Part shown: piece by piece, positions 13,301-24,600 of the stretch | How positions within the stretch are numbered: the first letter of the stretch is position 1 | Layout: every line of letters begins with the position of its first letter | Assembly (NCBI GenBank): GCA_002269645.1 | Contig: NIVC01003415.1 | Coordinates: forward strand, 34,986-98,985 | DNA length: 64,000 nt | From: Macrostomum lignano | Lineage: Eukaryota | Direction: 5' to 3' | Notes under the pieces: generated by a model | What the model saw: only the letters and a program-made list of their open reading frames with translations | The model's database searches: none | What the model was told of the DNA's origin: nothing | Translations under genes and position numbers: made by a program

Positions 13301-14489
13301 GAACCACCGGTGGGTTTTCCTTACAGATTCCAAATTCAGATTCTCTATGGTTCAAATGAGCATCAATAGCAGCCCTCGAGTTTTAGCTCCCACAGATCCT
13401 CGCATTCCGAATATCGAATCCCTAAATATCCATAAAAAGTCCTTAAAAGCCACAAGCTGAATCACAGATTTAGCTCGCAGAGAGCCACAATGCCAAGCTC
13501 CAGTCACTATCAATCGATAAGCTTGTCAATTCGTGTCTCCCACCCCGCAGCTGGGCCAAGCGCCTATGGAAGATCGCCATCGAGAACCACTCGTTCTTCC
13601 GCCTAAAAGAGGTGCAGATGGAGAAGTCCAGCAGCAAGCTGTCGCTGAACTTCATCCGCGGTAGCAGCAGCCACCGCTTCTCGGGCCGCACAATGCACCA
13701 GTACCGCGCCGAGGGCGGCACCATGCGCCAGTCGGGGACCTTCGATCGGTCGCTCAGCAAGCGAATGTCGGCCAGCCTGCCCAGCCTGAAGGGCTCGCAG
13801 TACGGCTCCTTTCACAGCCTCAACCGGCTGCACCCAAGAGACATGCGACCGCAGGCTAGCGGTGGCGGCGGCGGCGGCGGCGGCCGCGCCAGCATGCAGG
13901 GACCGCCGAGAACAGCCGGCCGGACCGCCAGTGTCAGCGTGCTTCCAACGGCTGCATTTAGTCGCGACAGGCCGTCTGTGAGTTGCTTGAGAACTGCTAA
14001 TTCACCTATTGGGGATCATCGACTCCCTGAGGGTTTTTATTCCATAGCTTAGGCTTTCATATTCATATTAATAGAGATTTTATGCCCATGCGATTTTTAT
14101 CCCTGTTGGGATTTATCCCTACTGGGATTTATCCCTACTGGGATTTATCCCTACTGGGATTTATCCCTACTGGGATTTATCCCTACTGGGATTTATCCCT
14201 ACTGGGATTCACCCGGTTGGGATTCACCCGGTTGGGATTCACCCTGTTGGGATTTATCCCTATTGGGATTCACCCGGTTGGGATTCACCCTATTGGGATT
14301 CATCCCTTAATGGAACTTATCCATTAATGTATACATTAACTTATACATACATTAGGTTGCCAGCTATCGAAGTATAGCTACAGAAAAATGCACTTTTAAG
14401 AGATTTTAATTTATTACTAATTAACAAATCATTCTTGCCTGGCCTTGCAGACTCGCTCTTCATCTACAGCCAATGACGACATTCTGTGA
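10307..14489 (+). CDS. Band 4.1/Coracle-like FERM-domain protein with a long Pro/Gln/acidic N-terminal extension (about 928 aa). Exons 10307-12058, 12741-13309, 13551-13977, 14451-14489
   Basis: FERM motifs include VILLDG..., DYFGLTY, FWLD, NFQ|VKFYPPEP, RYQLCLQVRQDI..GKLPC, ELGDFD, LEFYGVDLH and NHR|WAKRLWK.AIENHSFFRL. An FA-like segment (SHRFSGRT) follows. GT-AG sites join the exons in frame. The last exon and the true start codon are less certain. Confidence 0.85.
14097..14325. repeat. Intronic 15-16-bp tandem repeat (gggatttatccctact / gggattcacccggtt)
   Basis: Directly visible repeated units in FERM intron 3. Confidence 0.9.
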
Positions 14490-14797
14490 GCGCTGAAGTT
14501 CATTGTTTCCTATAGTTTTCTTTAAGTAGGTACGCTGGAACTGGGAGGCCTGCTACGATTCAGCCCCGTTCACTGTGTAAAGCTGAGCAAATTTCGAACA
14601 AACTAACGATTCATTGAACTTGTGAGCCAATCGCCAATCATTTTTACACATTTTTCCCAGGTGCCCTTTTTTGCTTGCTCGTTTGCCAAAGAGTTATTAA
14701 TACTATGCAAATAATAGTTTTAGCCCCATTGTCAATACAAAGTATATCACAACCTTTGACTGAATCGATTGATGATCTAGCTGCCTCACTTATAATA

Positions 14798-15674
14798 TTG
14801 CAGTGGAAAATTCCATTGATAAGTTGCAGTGGAAAATTCCATTGATAAGTTGCAGTGGAAAATTCCATTGATAAGTTGCAGTGGAAAATTCCATTGATAA
14901 GTTGCAGTGGAAAATTCCATTGATAAGTTGCAGTGGAAAATTCCATTGATAAGTTGCAGTGGAAAATTCCATTGATAAGTTGCAGTGGAAAATTCCATTG
15001 ATAAGTTGCAGTGGAAAATTCCATTGATAAGTTGCAGTGGAAAATTCCATTGATAAGTTGCAGTGGAAAATTCCATTGATAAGTTGCAGTGGAAAATTCC
15101 ATTGATAAGTTGCAGTGGAAAATTCCATTGATAAGTTGCAGTGGAAAATTCCATTGATAAGTTGCAGTGGAAAATTCCATTGATAAGTTGCAGTGGAAAA
15201 TTCCATTGATAAGTTGCAGTGGAAAATTCCATTGATAAGTTGCAGTGGAAAATTCCATTGATATGTTGCAGTGGAAAATTCCATTGATAAGTTGCAGTGG
15301 AAAATTCCATTGATAAGTTGCAGTGGAAAATTCCATTGATAAGTTGCAGTGGAAAATTCCATTGATAAGTTGCAGTGGAAAATTCCATTGATAAGTTGCA
15401 GTGGAAAATTCCATTGATAAGTTGCAGTGGAAAATTCCATTGATAAGTTGCAGTGGAAAATTCCATTGATAAGTTGCAGTGGAAAATTCCATTGATAAGT
15501 TGCAGTGGAAAATTCCATTGATAAGTTGCAGTGGAAAATTCCATTGATAAGTTGCAGTGGAAAATTCCATTGATAAGTTGCAGTGGAAAATTCCATTGAT
15601 AAGTTGCAGTGGAAAATTCCATTGATAAGTTGCAGTGGAAAATTCCATTGATAAGTTGCAGTGGAAAATTCCAT
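14798..15674. repeat. 26-bp minisatellite, about 33.5 near-perfect copies (ttgcagtggaaaattccattgataag)
   Basis: Directly visible. The ORF track shows a 26-aa periodicity in all three minus frames, consistent with a 26-bp period. There are no spacers. Confidence 0.95.
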
Positions 15675-16054
15675 CGGCGGCTAGATTAGCAATCGATTCT
15701 CATTTCGAAATTGCTGTTGCCTTAAAGTGGTTGCTACGCCCAATTTCCTAAAGTTTTTTAGCATGTTCGATCTGCTCAATCGTTTTGTTGCGTCCCACTT
15801 TTTCCTCTCAACCCAGCTGGCTGTTCAGAGGTTTTTGTCGTCAGAATAGTTTTGTTTTACTTACGAGCTCGTTTCAACGTGTTTTTTGTCCAAAGATACC
15901 ATTTGAAAAGTGTCTTATAATAACCTTTTGTCTTCCACCAAACATTCCGGAATGGCCTCATTTTTTACTGTTACGAGCTACGTGTAGTTCTGTTTACTTC
16001 AGATGCTGTGTCGGTAAAGTTTGCTCATTGGCATCAAATCACAATTTGTGTGTG

Positions 16055-16300
16055 AGTGGGTGAGGGAGAGTGGGTGAGGGAGAGTGACTGAGGGAGAGTG
16101 AGAGAGGGAGAATGACTGAGGGAGAATGACTGAGGGAGAGTGACTGAGGGAGAGTGACTGAGGGAGAGTGAGAGAGGGAGAATGACTGAGGGAGAATGAC
16201 TGAGGGAGAGTGACTGAGGGAGATTGGATTGGGGAGAGTTGGTGAGGGAGAGTGGGTAGGAGAGGGTGGGTGAGGGAGTGTGACTGAGGGAGAGAGAAGG
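16055..16300. repeat. GA-rich short tandem repeat (tgactgagggagag variants)
   Basis: Directly visible. Confidence 0.85.
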
Positions 16301-17050
16301 GATGCTACAGAATCAATCATTTACAGACTTAACCAGCATCGCCCACATATCCTCGAATGTGTTTTCCCAGTTTTTATAAAACCTCTCGCTAATAACGCGC
16401 CCATATCTACGTGTGATGTACTTTTACCAAACGTGTGATAACTGATATAGGCTTATATACATTACATATTTATTTATATTTTTACCTTTGATTTTAGTAC
16501 ACTAGCCAGCTATCTGCTGTGATGTCCCTGCATTCTCCTTTCATTTTGTTTGACAGTTTGACCACCAACTGAATCGAGCTGGACCTCTGCCCGCTGATGG
16601 AACCAAATTTCCATATTTCATATTTTTGCAGTTTTGATTGCTGTTCCTTCTGCTTCGCAACGTTTTTTCATTTAAATTTTCTCCATTAATAAATAAACAT
16701 TCCTAATGCTACTGGCTAAGCTCTGTTTGCTGCTGTGATCACCTGTTTATCAACACCTGTGCTGCTGCTGCGTCGCGCACTCGAATTCCTGAGCCCCTCC
16801 TATACGCCTTACTCAACTGTAATCAATCCCATTTATTTGGCAGATCAACGAACGAACTGTCTGCAAATTTACACTAAACAGGTAGTTCAATCAGTAGATA
16901 AACGAGTGAACTTTGCGGAAATAAAATATGATTGTATTCAAATCGCCAAAACACTGCTGGCTGATGTTTGAGATTTAATCACACTCCACTAACCGCAGGT
17001 GATGCTTTCTTGTTTATTGTTTTTTAACGCTTCCACAGCTTGCAAGACAT

Positions 17051-17314
17051 GAAAGGGACCGCAGTCATTCCTACAACTTCTCATCGAGATCAAAGGGACC
17101 GCCGTCATTCCTACCGCTTCCTCTCATCGAGATCAAAGCGACCGCCGTCATTCCTACCGCTTCCTCTCATCGAGATCAAAGCGACCGCCGTCATTCCTAC
17201 CGCTTCCTCTCATCGAGATCAAAGCGACCGCCGTCATTCCTACCGCTTCCTCTCATCGAGATCAAAGGGACCGCCGTCATTCCTACCGCTTCCTCTTAGA
17301 GATCAAAGAGACCG
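17051..17314. repeat. 43-bp tandem repeat, about 6 copies (accgccgtcattcctaccgcttcctctcatcgagatcaaagcg)
   Basis: Directly visible. Confidence 0.9.
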
Positions 17315-18259
17315 TCTTTATTACTACAGCTTCTTCTCATACTCGTAGACATCAAAGAGTCTGCATCCCTAAAATCTTCGCCAAAACCAAGACAAGAATG
17401 GAATAATTTTTGCTGCGAAGCCATGATTCTTATATTTTTAATTAGAACTCAATAAATGCTGGTATATAGCGCTGCAGCATACATGTCGCAGTGACAAAAT
17501 TAGTACTTGAACCTAAAGCATAAGTCAGCTTTTGTCTGCGTTGTAAAGCCCAGACTGAAAATTACGGTCTCCAACAACAATTGCGTATAAAATAAGTTCC
17601 CGGCGGCTCGAAAGAATGCGATGCTTGCCTTTGGAAACTGAAAACACGTCACGGCAAAACAGGCCTTGAAAGAGCAACTCTTGCCAGTACAGACACTATA
17701 AAACCATATGCAAACACTCGCGCTAAAAAACTTGTCGAACTCAATGCGAGGGGATAAAAGTGTGGCTGCTCACCTCCCGCAGAAGCCACGGGAGGCGGTA
17801 GCGCAGTAAAACTTTCTTGGAAATAAAACTCAAAACAAGACAATAGCGGACATTGATCACCATTGAATTATTAAAACAAAATAATTTTTGCTCTATACAG
17901 TTATGGTCACAAAGATGCGACACAAGGCTAAAAATACCTGCTTGGACTTCTAATGAGAACAGGGAAATCTTTAATTACATATTTCGGGTGTTGATTTAGC
18001 ACTGTACGTTGGATCCCCTGTTCTCGTTATTATTTTTATTATTATTTTAAACAAAAACAAGTCCACAAATTTGTGCAGTCTATTAAAATTTGTGCTTGGC
18101 TATAACAATGGATTTGTGCTGCACTCAGTCGAGGCTCACAGACAGCCAAATATCGCACCAGTTAACTGAATTTCACTGTTAACAAATTCTAAAATCACAC
18201 TAATTTGCTTTTCTAGCAGTACCGGGAATTCTATGTAAATTTAAACAAAACGATTCGTA

Positions 18260-19780
18260 TTACGGCATGCGCGACTGCATCATCGGCGTGCTGCTGTTGT
18301 TCTCGGCGATGAAGTCGGCGATGTAGCGAACTCTTGGCTGATGCTGCTGCGGCTGCTGAGACTGCGAAGACTGGTGCGGCAGCGGCCATTCGCCGGAAGC
18401 CAGACACGCGGAATTCTGATGGCTGAAAGGCGCTAAAAACGATGCAGCTGGCGCCAAATTGGAAGGACTCGCTGTGGAAAATTCCGGCGTTGGCGGACTG
18501 GCAAACATTCCTGGTTGCTGGTGCAGATAGCTGCTGCCGGGAGGCTGAGGATTCTGGAACGATGTCGAACCGTAGTAGGAAAAATACGACTGCGGCTGCT
18601 GCTGCTGCTGCTGCAGATGCTGATGGTGTTGCTGGTAGTGCTGCTGCAGTTGCATTGGACTTTTAGGACTCTGGAAGTACGATGGCCCTGAAGCTGCTGC
18701 GGCAGCGGCTGCGGCAGCGGCGGAAGCAGCGGAGCTGGCAATGAAATCGTGGGGCCCGTAGTCCACCTTGCGCACGCGGCGGTCCTTGGCCCGTCGGTTT
18801 TTAAACCAGATCTGGAGATTGCATGGTTTGATGATTGAACATTGCTTTCATGGAAATCCTTCTGATTCCTGATCACTCTAAAACGTCTTTATTGAAGGTC
18901 TTGAATCTGACATCCCAATCAGACTCCATGGCAAGCACTGGATTCACAAGGTAGACATTGATCCTGATCACTTGTTGAGCTCAACTCTCTAATCTCCTCT
19001 GATCTCCGTTTCATTACTCCCTCTCTCTGACCTCTCATATCTGACCTTAGCTTTGGTTTCCAACTACTGATAACCCTTGTTTGATTGAACCCTCCACCTC
19101 TTTTGCAAGCTACTCTTTTTCACTTTTCCTTCTAATCAAATAAAATATCAGACTCAAACTCCCATCTCGCAGAATTTAAATTTACTGTCAATCCTGAGCT
19201 TTAAACATTTAAACTGATTGCTTCGATCGGCTTACCCTCTCTGAACATTCCCACTTTTCCGGCCTCTCCTTGTCTGATAACTTCCACGTTGTCGCAAAAC
19301 CACCATTTAACCCGAATCTGTCTTGCCCCCGATTCCAATACTCCATCCTATACTTTTATTGCTTAAAACTATTATAAGTAATAACAAGACGTAATAAATA
19401 AACTAAAGCTGTTTTATCAAGGTGCACGAATAGTCACGTACCAACACCTTCCTGTAGGGAATGCCAATCGTTCTGCTAAGCAACTCCAACTCTCGATAAT
19501 CGGGGTACTTTTGCAACTCAAACATGCGCTCAAGTTCACGCCTCTGTACAGCCGTGAGATTGGCCCTTCGTCTCGGTAGCGTTGCCTTTGGCGTCTCTTG
19601 CAGTGCCAGTACAGGCGCAGACGCAGTGGCAGATGTCGATGCAACCGAACTAGAAGCTGGTGCAGCATCAGCATAGTGGAATGGACGGTTGAATTCCACA
19701 AAACTTGGAGTGCCTTCCATCACTGATTTTATCGGAAATAGAGTCTTTTCTGATTTAATATTTGTATTTGTTGCAGCCAA
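18260..19780 (-). CDS. Divergent paired-class (K50) homeodomain protein, about 296 aa. Exons 19780-19442 and 18811-18260
   Basis: The spliced homeodomain reads PRRRANLTAVQRRELERMFELQKYPDYRELELLSRTIGIPYRKVL|IWFKNRRAKDRR. The phase-0 intron (gtacgt...ctccag) lies just before I-W-F-K-N, the usual PRD-class position. The C-terminus is Ala/Gln/Ser-rich. Confidence 0.85.
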
Positions 19781-20071
19781 CTCAGTCCAAGGAGTCCATT
19801 TCTACCTAGCCTCCAATGCAGTCAGTTCATTTTATATTACTGTACAAAACTATTGTCGATCGCTATCGACCTCGCTATCGTTGCATCAGGCCATCAGCCA
19901 ATCAGGGGAGCGGTTGGGGGGGTAGAAAATATAATTGCTACGATTGCCCACCCCATTTCCGCGGCCACTGTATTATTCAGTACGCGTGTATAAAGTACAT
20001 TGCAATATTGGGGGGTGGCAAATTAGGCTCGCGCAATACCACAAAATGTACATGCACGATTGAGTTCAAAG

Positions 20072-20273
20072 GGCCTGTCAACTTAAGCTCATAAAGTGGA
20101 GCCTGAGTAACCTATGTACACAAATGCTACGTCATTCTGCTCACGGTGACACTAGGAAGCTGGGTTTGGCAAAAAACGACAAATCGAGCATATTGGACTT
20201 GGATAGCCGGATAGGGGAGGAGAAGCATGGGAATAATTATGGACTCGACTTTATGAGCTTAAGTTGACAGGCC
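20072..20273. mobile_element. Small MITE-like element with a perfect 26-bp terminal inverted repeat
   Basis: ggcctgtcaacttaagctcataaagt (20072-20097) is the reverse complement of actttatgagcttaagttgacaggcc (20248-20273). No clear TSD. Confidence 0.6.
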
Positions 20274-21513
20274 TTTTAAAACTGAGCCTTAAAGTGTAAC
20301 TCGATGGGTGGGTGATACGTTTTCATTGTTGTTGCGACAATGCGCAACCAGAAATTTGTTGAGGATGAGGGTGGATTCTGGAGGGTAAAGACCCAAGGGG
20401 GACGGAAGGGGGTGGCTCTGTATTTTGGCGAAAATTCGCTTGGTCTCCGCCTAAGATGGGGGCGACCACCCCCCTCCTGGTTGCGCCACTATAGACAATG
20501 CATCAATGAGTTGTGTGGTCTCTGAACTACTCGTAACTTTTCCTGTGCCCTTGATGAGCACCAGAAATTGGGGATTCAACTGCATTATTGGCTGGGGAAC
20601 CGAACAAAGATTTCTTACAGTGGTGACCGACGTCAAGTCAGGTGGGGCACCAAAGGCCAAAGCTGAGAGATTCTTGCCTCCTCCTAGCTTAACTGTAAAA
20701 GATTTGCACCATGGAGGTCCCACTCCGTAAGGGAAAAATCTCTAAAGAGATCTTATATTATCAGGTCTTGCAGGACAAAAATACGGGGGCTGGAATTTTT
20801 CGCTGGCCTTCTTGACATGGACGGATCGAGAAAATTTTTGCATGGCATGAGGGGGGCCATGCCCCCCCCCCCAGGGTCCGCCCCTGCTTCTTGATTTCCT
20901 TATTGAATAGCTAAAATACTCGTACATCGACTTTTAGCTTCTAGGTTAATTTGAAATCATTTTAATCATTGCATTCAAGCGAAATCATACGCGATATCGA
21001 TGAGTTCTCGCAACTTCCATGTAGAATTTGTGGAACTATTACTATCCCAAATTCTAAAGTCAAAATGGTTTGCTTTCCAATCCGATCTAGCAAATAACGT
21101 TACCTTTTGAGATTCAATACATTTCTTTCAATAGAGACGATAATGATTCGATTCTTGACTTAATAGAGTGCTTACAAGTAGCATATATGAAGGTAGCCGA
21201 AAACGGGGTGGTTCAAAAAATAATGCTCGCTAATCTCGTCCACCACCAAGAATTCAGCGAGTAGTAGTGAACTTTAGCTTGATAAAGCCTTTTTAATAGA
21301 CAATATAAATTTTAAGAAGCAAATTCTTAAATTGTACTGATTTTTTAAACTAATTTGTCAATATTGGTATCAACTAAATCTTTGTTGTGGGACTGGGTTG
21401 GCCCACCCCTCTTGTGTAGGTTGGCGTTACTTTAAGTCAGACTCTAGTATAAAACAGCCTCATTACTAGAGCGACAGAATTGAAAACTATTGCTATATCC
21501 GAGGAACAGTCTG

Positions 21514-21523
21514 GTCACGTGAC
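21514..21523. promoter_or_regulatory. Palindromic E-box GTCACGTGAC about 145 bp upstream of the MTA start codon
   Basis: The motif is seen directly. It matches the bHLH-ZIP (USF/TFE) consensus. Function is inferred from position only. Confidence 0.35.
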
Positions 21524-21667
21524 TTCGAGGAAGAACGGCCAAAGGAGTCTGAATTTTCTCAAAAAGACGATATATGAGAACTTCTGGTCATCAATTGGAT
21601 ATTTGACTATTATATTTCACATTTTTCTTGCATTTTAGTAAATATCAGCAGTTTATTCATCATCAGG

Positions 21668-24600
21668 ATGGCTGCTAACATGTACCGCGTCGGAGGTAAG
21701 AGCCTCATTTCTTTATACACGCTTACTAACCCAGGTTTTTGCGTTCTATTGAATCTGTTAGCACAATTTCATATTAGTAAAGTTTCAAGCACAAGTTTAG
21801 GAGTTTCCTGCTCTTGTTTCTGATAGATATTCTATAATCTACCTTTTATTTAAAAAATACACTTCAAATCATTGGATTTTTCTCATCTGATGAGCGCACG
21901 TAGAGAGCCTCAAAGTCTACCCTTTCAGCTTTTTTTGCCCTGCTTCAGCGCTACGACGGAGCAAAACGAGTGCCAGGCTAGATAGAATAGGCTTAATGCT
22001 GCAAGGTGTTAGTTGAGAATGAGAAGAATATGTTAGACTAACCTTAAGAACTCTTGGCAGATAATAGGATTTATTTATTCACCCTAGGCTAAATATTTTT
22101 AAAATAGTCTCACTCACAAAATGATTTAGGAGTCAAAGGCCTATCTACATATCTCTAGAACCTATGGCCTATGCCTATGGGTATGGGCTATGGCCATGCC
22201 TTAGATAAATAGAACCTGCTGTATATGATAGCTAAATTTTAAAGTGTTAAAAATACTATTTATATTAGACCTATACATTTTTATAAAAATTAGAGAGCCT
22301 AATAAAACTATAGATATTAAGTTAAGATGTTGGTATTTAAAGGCCTAGATATTTAGGCCTAATAAAAATTAGGCCTATGCATATGATGGTAAAAGTCTAG
22401 GTTTATTTTTTGTATAGCTACGAATGCAAACTAAAATTAAAATTAAAATATTAAAATATAATATGCCTATTAGACCTTATAAAGTTATATACAATTTTGT
22501 AACCTAACCTATTAGTATTATGGCTATTAGGCCTCAAGCTAAGGCTAAATTTGAAAAAAATATATTGATATAATATTTCAGTGAATTATAAATTAGGTCT
22601 AAAAGTAAGACTAAAAGGCAAATAGGTAATTTATATAAATAATTAGAGGCAATTAGGTAATTTTAAAGTAATTTTATCCTTTTTGATAAGTAGAAATCTT
22701 AATTAAAGTCTGTTTTTATAATATAATCCTTTTTTAAAGATGGCTTATACCTTTCAACCCTTAGGAATATAGGTGCATAGTTGGGATTCATGTTGTAGGG
22801 GGAAGATATTAATATATTTCCTATGTTAGCAATAAAAGCAAAATACAAAAGCAAAAAAAGTTCCCCCTTTCAAGGGCCCAGGGAGGCATGTCTTTAGCGT
22901 CCCCCCTATGGCTATATGTATGAATAAAGAATATCCTAAACAAAAGCTATAATCAAAGATTTATATACTATAATTTATATACTATAAGTTAGGCTAAAAG
23001 AATCTTTTTTTATAAAAATTTCAAATTCTATTGGTTGCTTTCTATAGTTATTTATCACTTTTTTAATGTAAGAATAATCAATGAAGGCTTTCTGTATTTT
23101 TTAGAAGTTATAAACCAGTGCAAATTTTGCTAAAATTGTACATAACTCTTTATCTTCAACTCTTCATCCTCTTCATAATACCAAATCCCAAAGGCCAAAA
23201 TCTGCTTTCTATATATACCTAACAAAAAACATTGTTTCTTATAACCTAGCTCATGATAAGCCTATCACAGTCTACAAAACTTCCTTAAAATAAATCTTTT
23301 TAGCTCCATATTTTATATAATTCAAATGGATTTAAAGTAATTCTTTTATATTGGGATTCTTGGGATTTTAAGACTTAATCCATGGTAAATTTTGAGTTAT
23401 CTGTAAATATGGAGTCTGCAAAGGCTTAGATTTGACTGAGATTAAGAACTCTTGAGAAGTCAAAGGCCCAACAATGTAAAGGGTATGGTTAGTATTTTAT
23501 TTGGTTATAAACTTTTGACTAATGCTAGCTAGCATCCCGATTTTTGATTTGGCTTTTTAGCCAACTTTAGAATTTGGACCTAGGATGCCAAATGACACTG
23601 CGACTCTGATTCTTGAATAAAATATCCAAGTGGTCACTGCTTCCTGAATTTTAAATATAGCGTTTTTAAATACAAGCAATGCCTGCAATGCACAGTCACC
23701 AATTGATATGCAGAAGCAACACCATTCAATTGCAGACTATGTGTACTTCGAGACCTCAGCCTCCGGACCATATCAGATTCGGCGTATCGAGGAGCTTACA
23801 AAGACCCCAACTGGCAATGTGGAAGCTAAGGTTATGTGCTTCTTTAGGCGGCGCGACATTTCTAATAATCTCATTAGCCAAGCTGACAAGCATCTGAGTA
23901 AGCGGCGTTGCTTTTCATTTTTTTTCGACTATCCTATCATTTCATTTAGATCAGAAAATGTAGAGAAACTGCAACAGGAATAGTAGAGAGCCTCATTTTG
24001 CCTATTTTAACCCTCTTGGGTCTATCTGAATGCTGTGTACTCCGGAATAAAGGTAGTAAACGTAGAGAGCCTCATCGTAGCGCCCGAGTGCGTGTGTTAG
24101 AGAAAAATTCGCATTAGACGAGATTTCGATTTTCGTCCAGCGCTGATGGGAAACTCCGATTGAATGGGAAAGTTTCAGCAGCTAGCGAAAGCAATTATTC
24201 CTGCTCCAAAAAAAGAACTGGCTTGTCAAAAGATGAGACAGACTGCTCCAAAGAAAGAACTGGCTTGTCAAGAGATACAGACAGCCTGTCATAGACAAAC
24301 TGTGAGAAGAGACAGACGATCCACAGCCGACTTGTTTATTTTATCGTAATTTCGCACGGTTCAAAATCCAGCTTAAGGCTGGTTAATCTCGCTGGACCCT
24401 GTCAGTGAGACTGGCAAATAGGTAAAGAGACTGGCAAACAGACAGTGAGACTGGCAAATAGACAAGGTGAGACTGACAATTGACAAATAGACAGTGAGCC
24501 TGGCAAATACGCTGTGTGAGACTGGTAAATAGACAGTGAGACTGGCAAACACACAGTGAGACTGGCAAATAGACAGTGAAACTGGCAAATCGACAGTGTG

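Noticed and set aside
14798-15674. CRISPR-like array (26-bp partly palindromic repeat)
   Set aside because: The units are contiguous with no unique spacers, there are no cas genes, and the context is eukaryotic. The same applies to the 44-bp array at 39.2-40.7 kb.
14644-15674. Long minus-strand repeat ORFs (MEFSTATYQW…)
   Set aside because: They are an artefact of a stop-free 26-bp unit read in all three frames.
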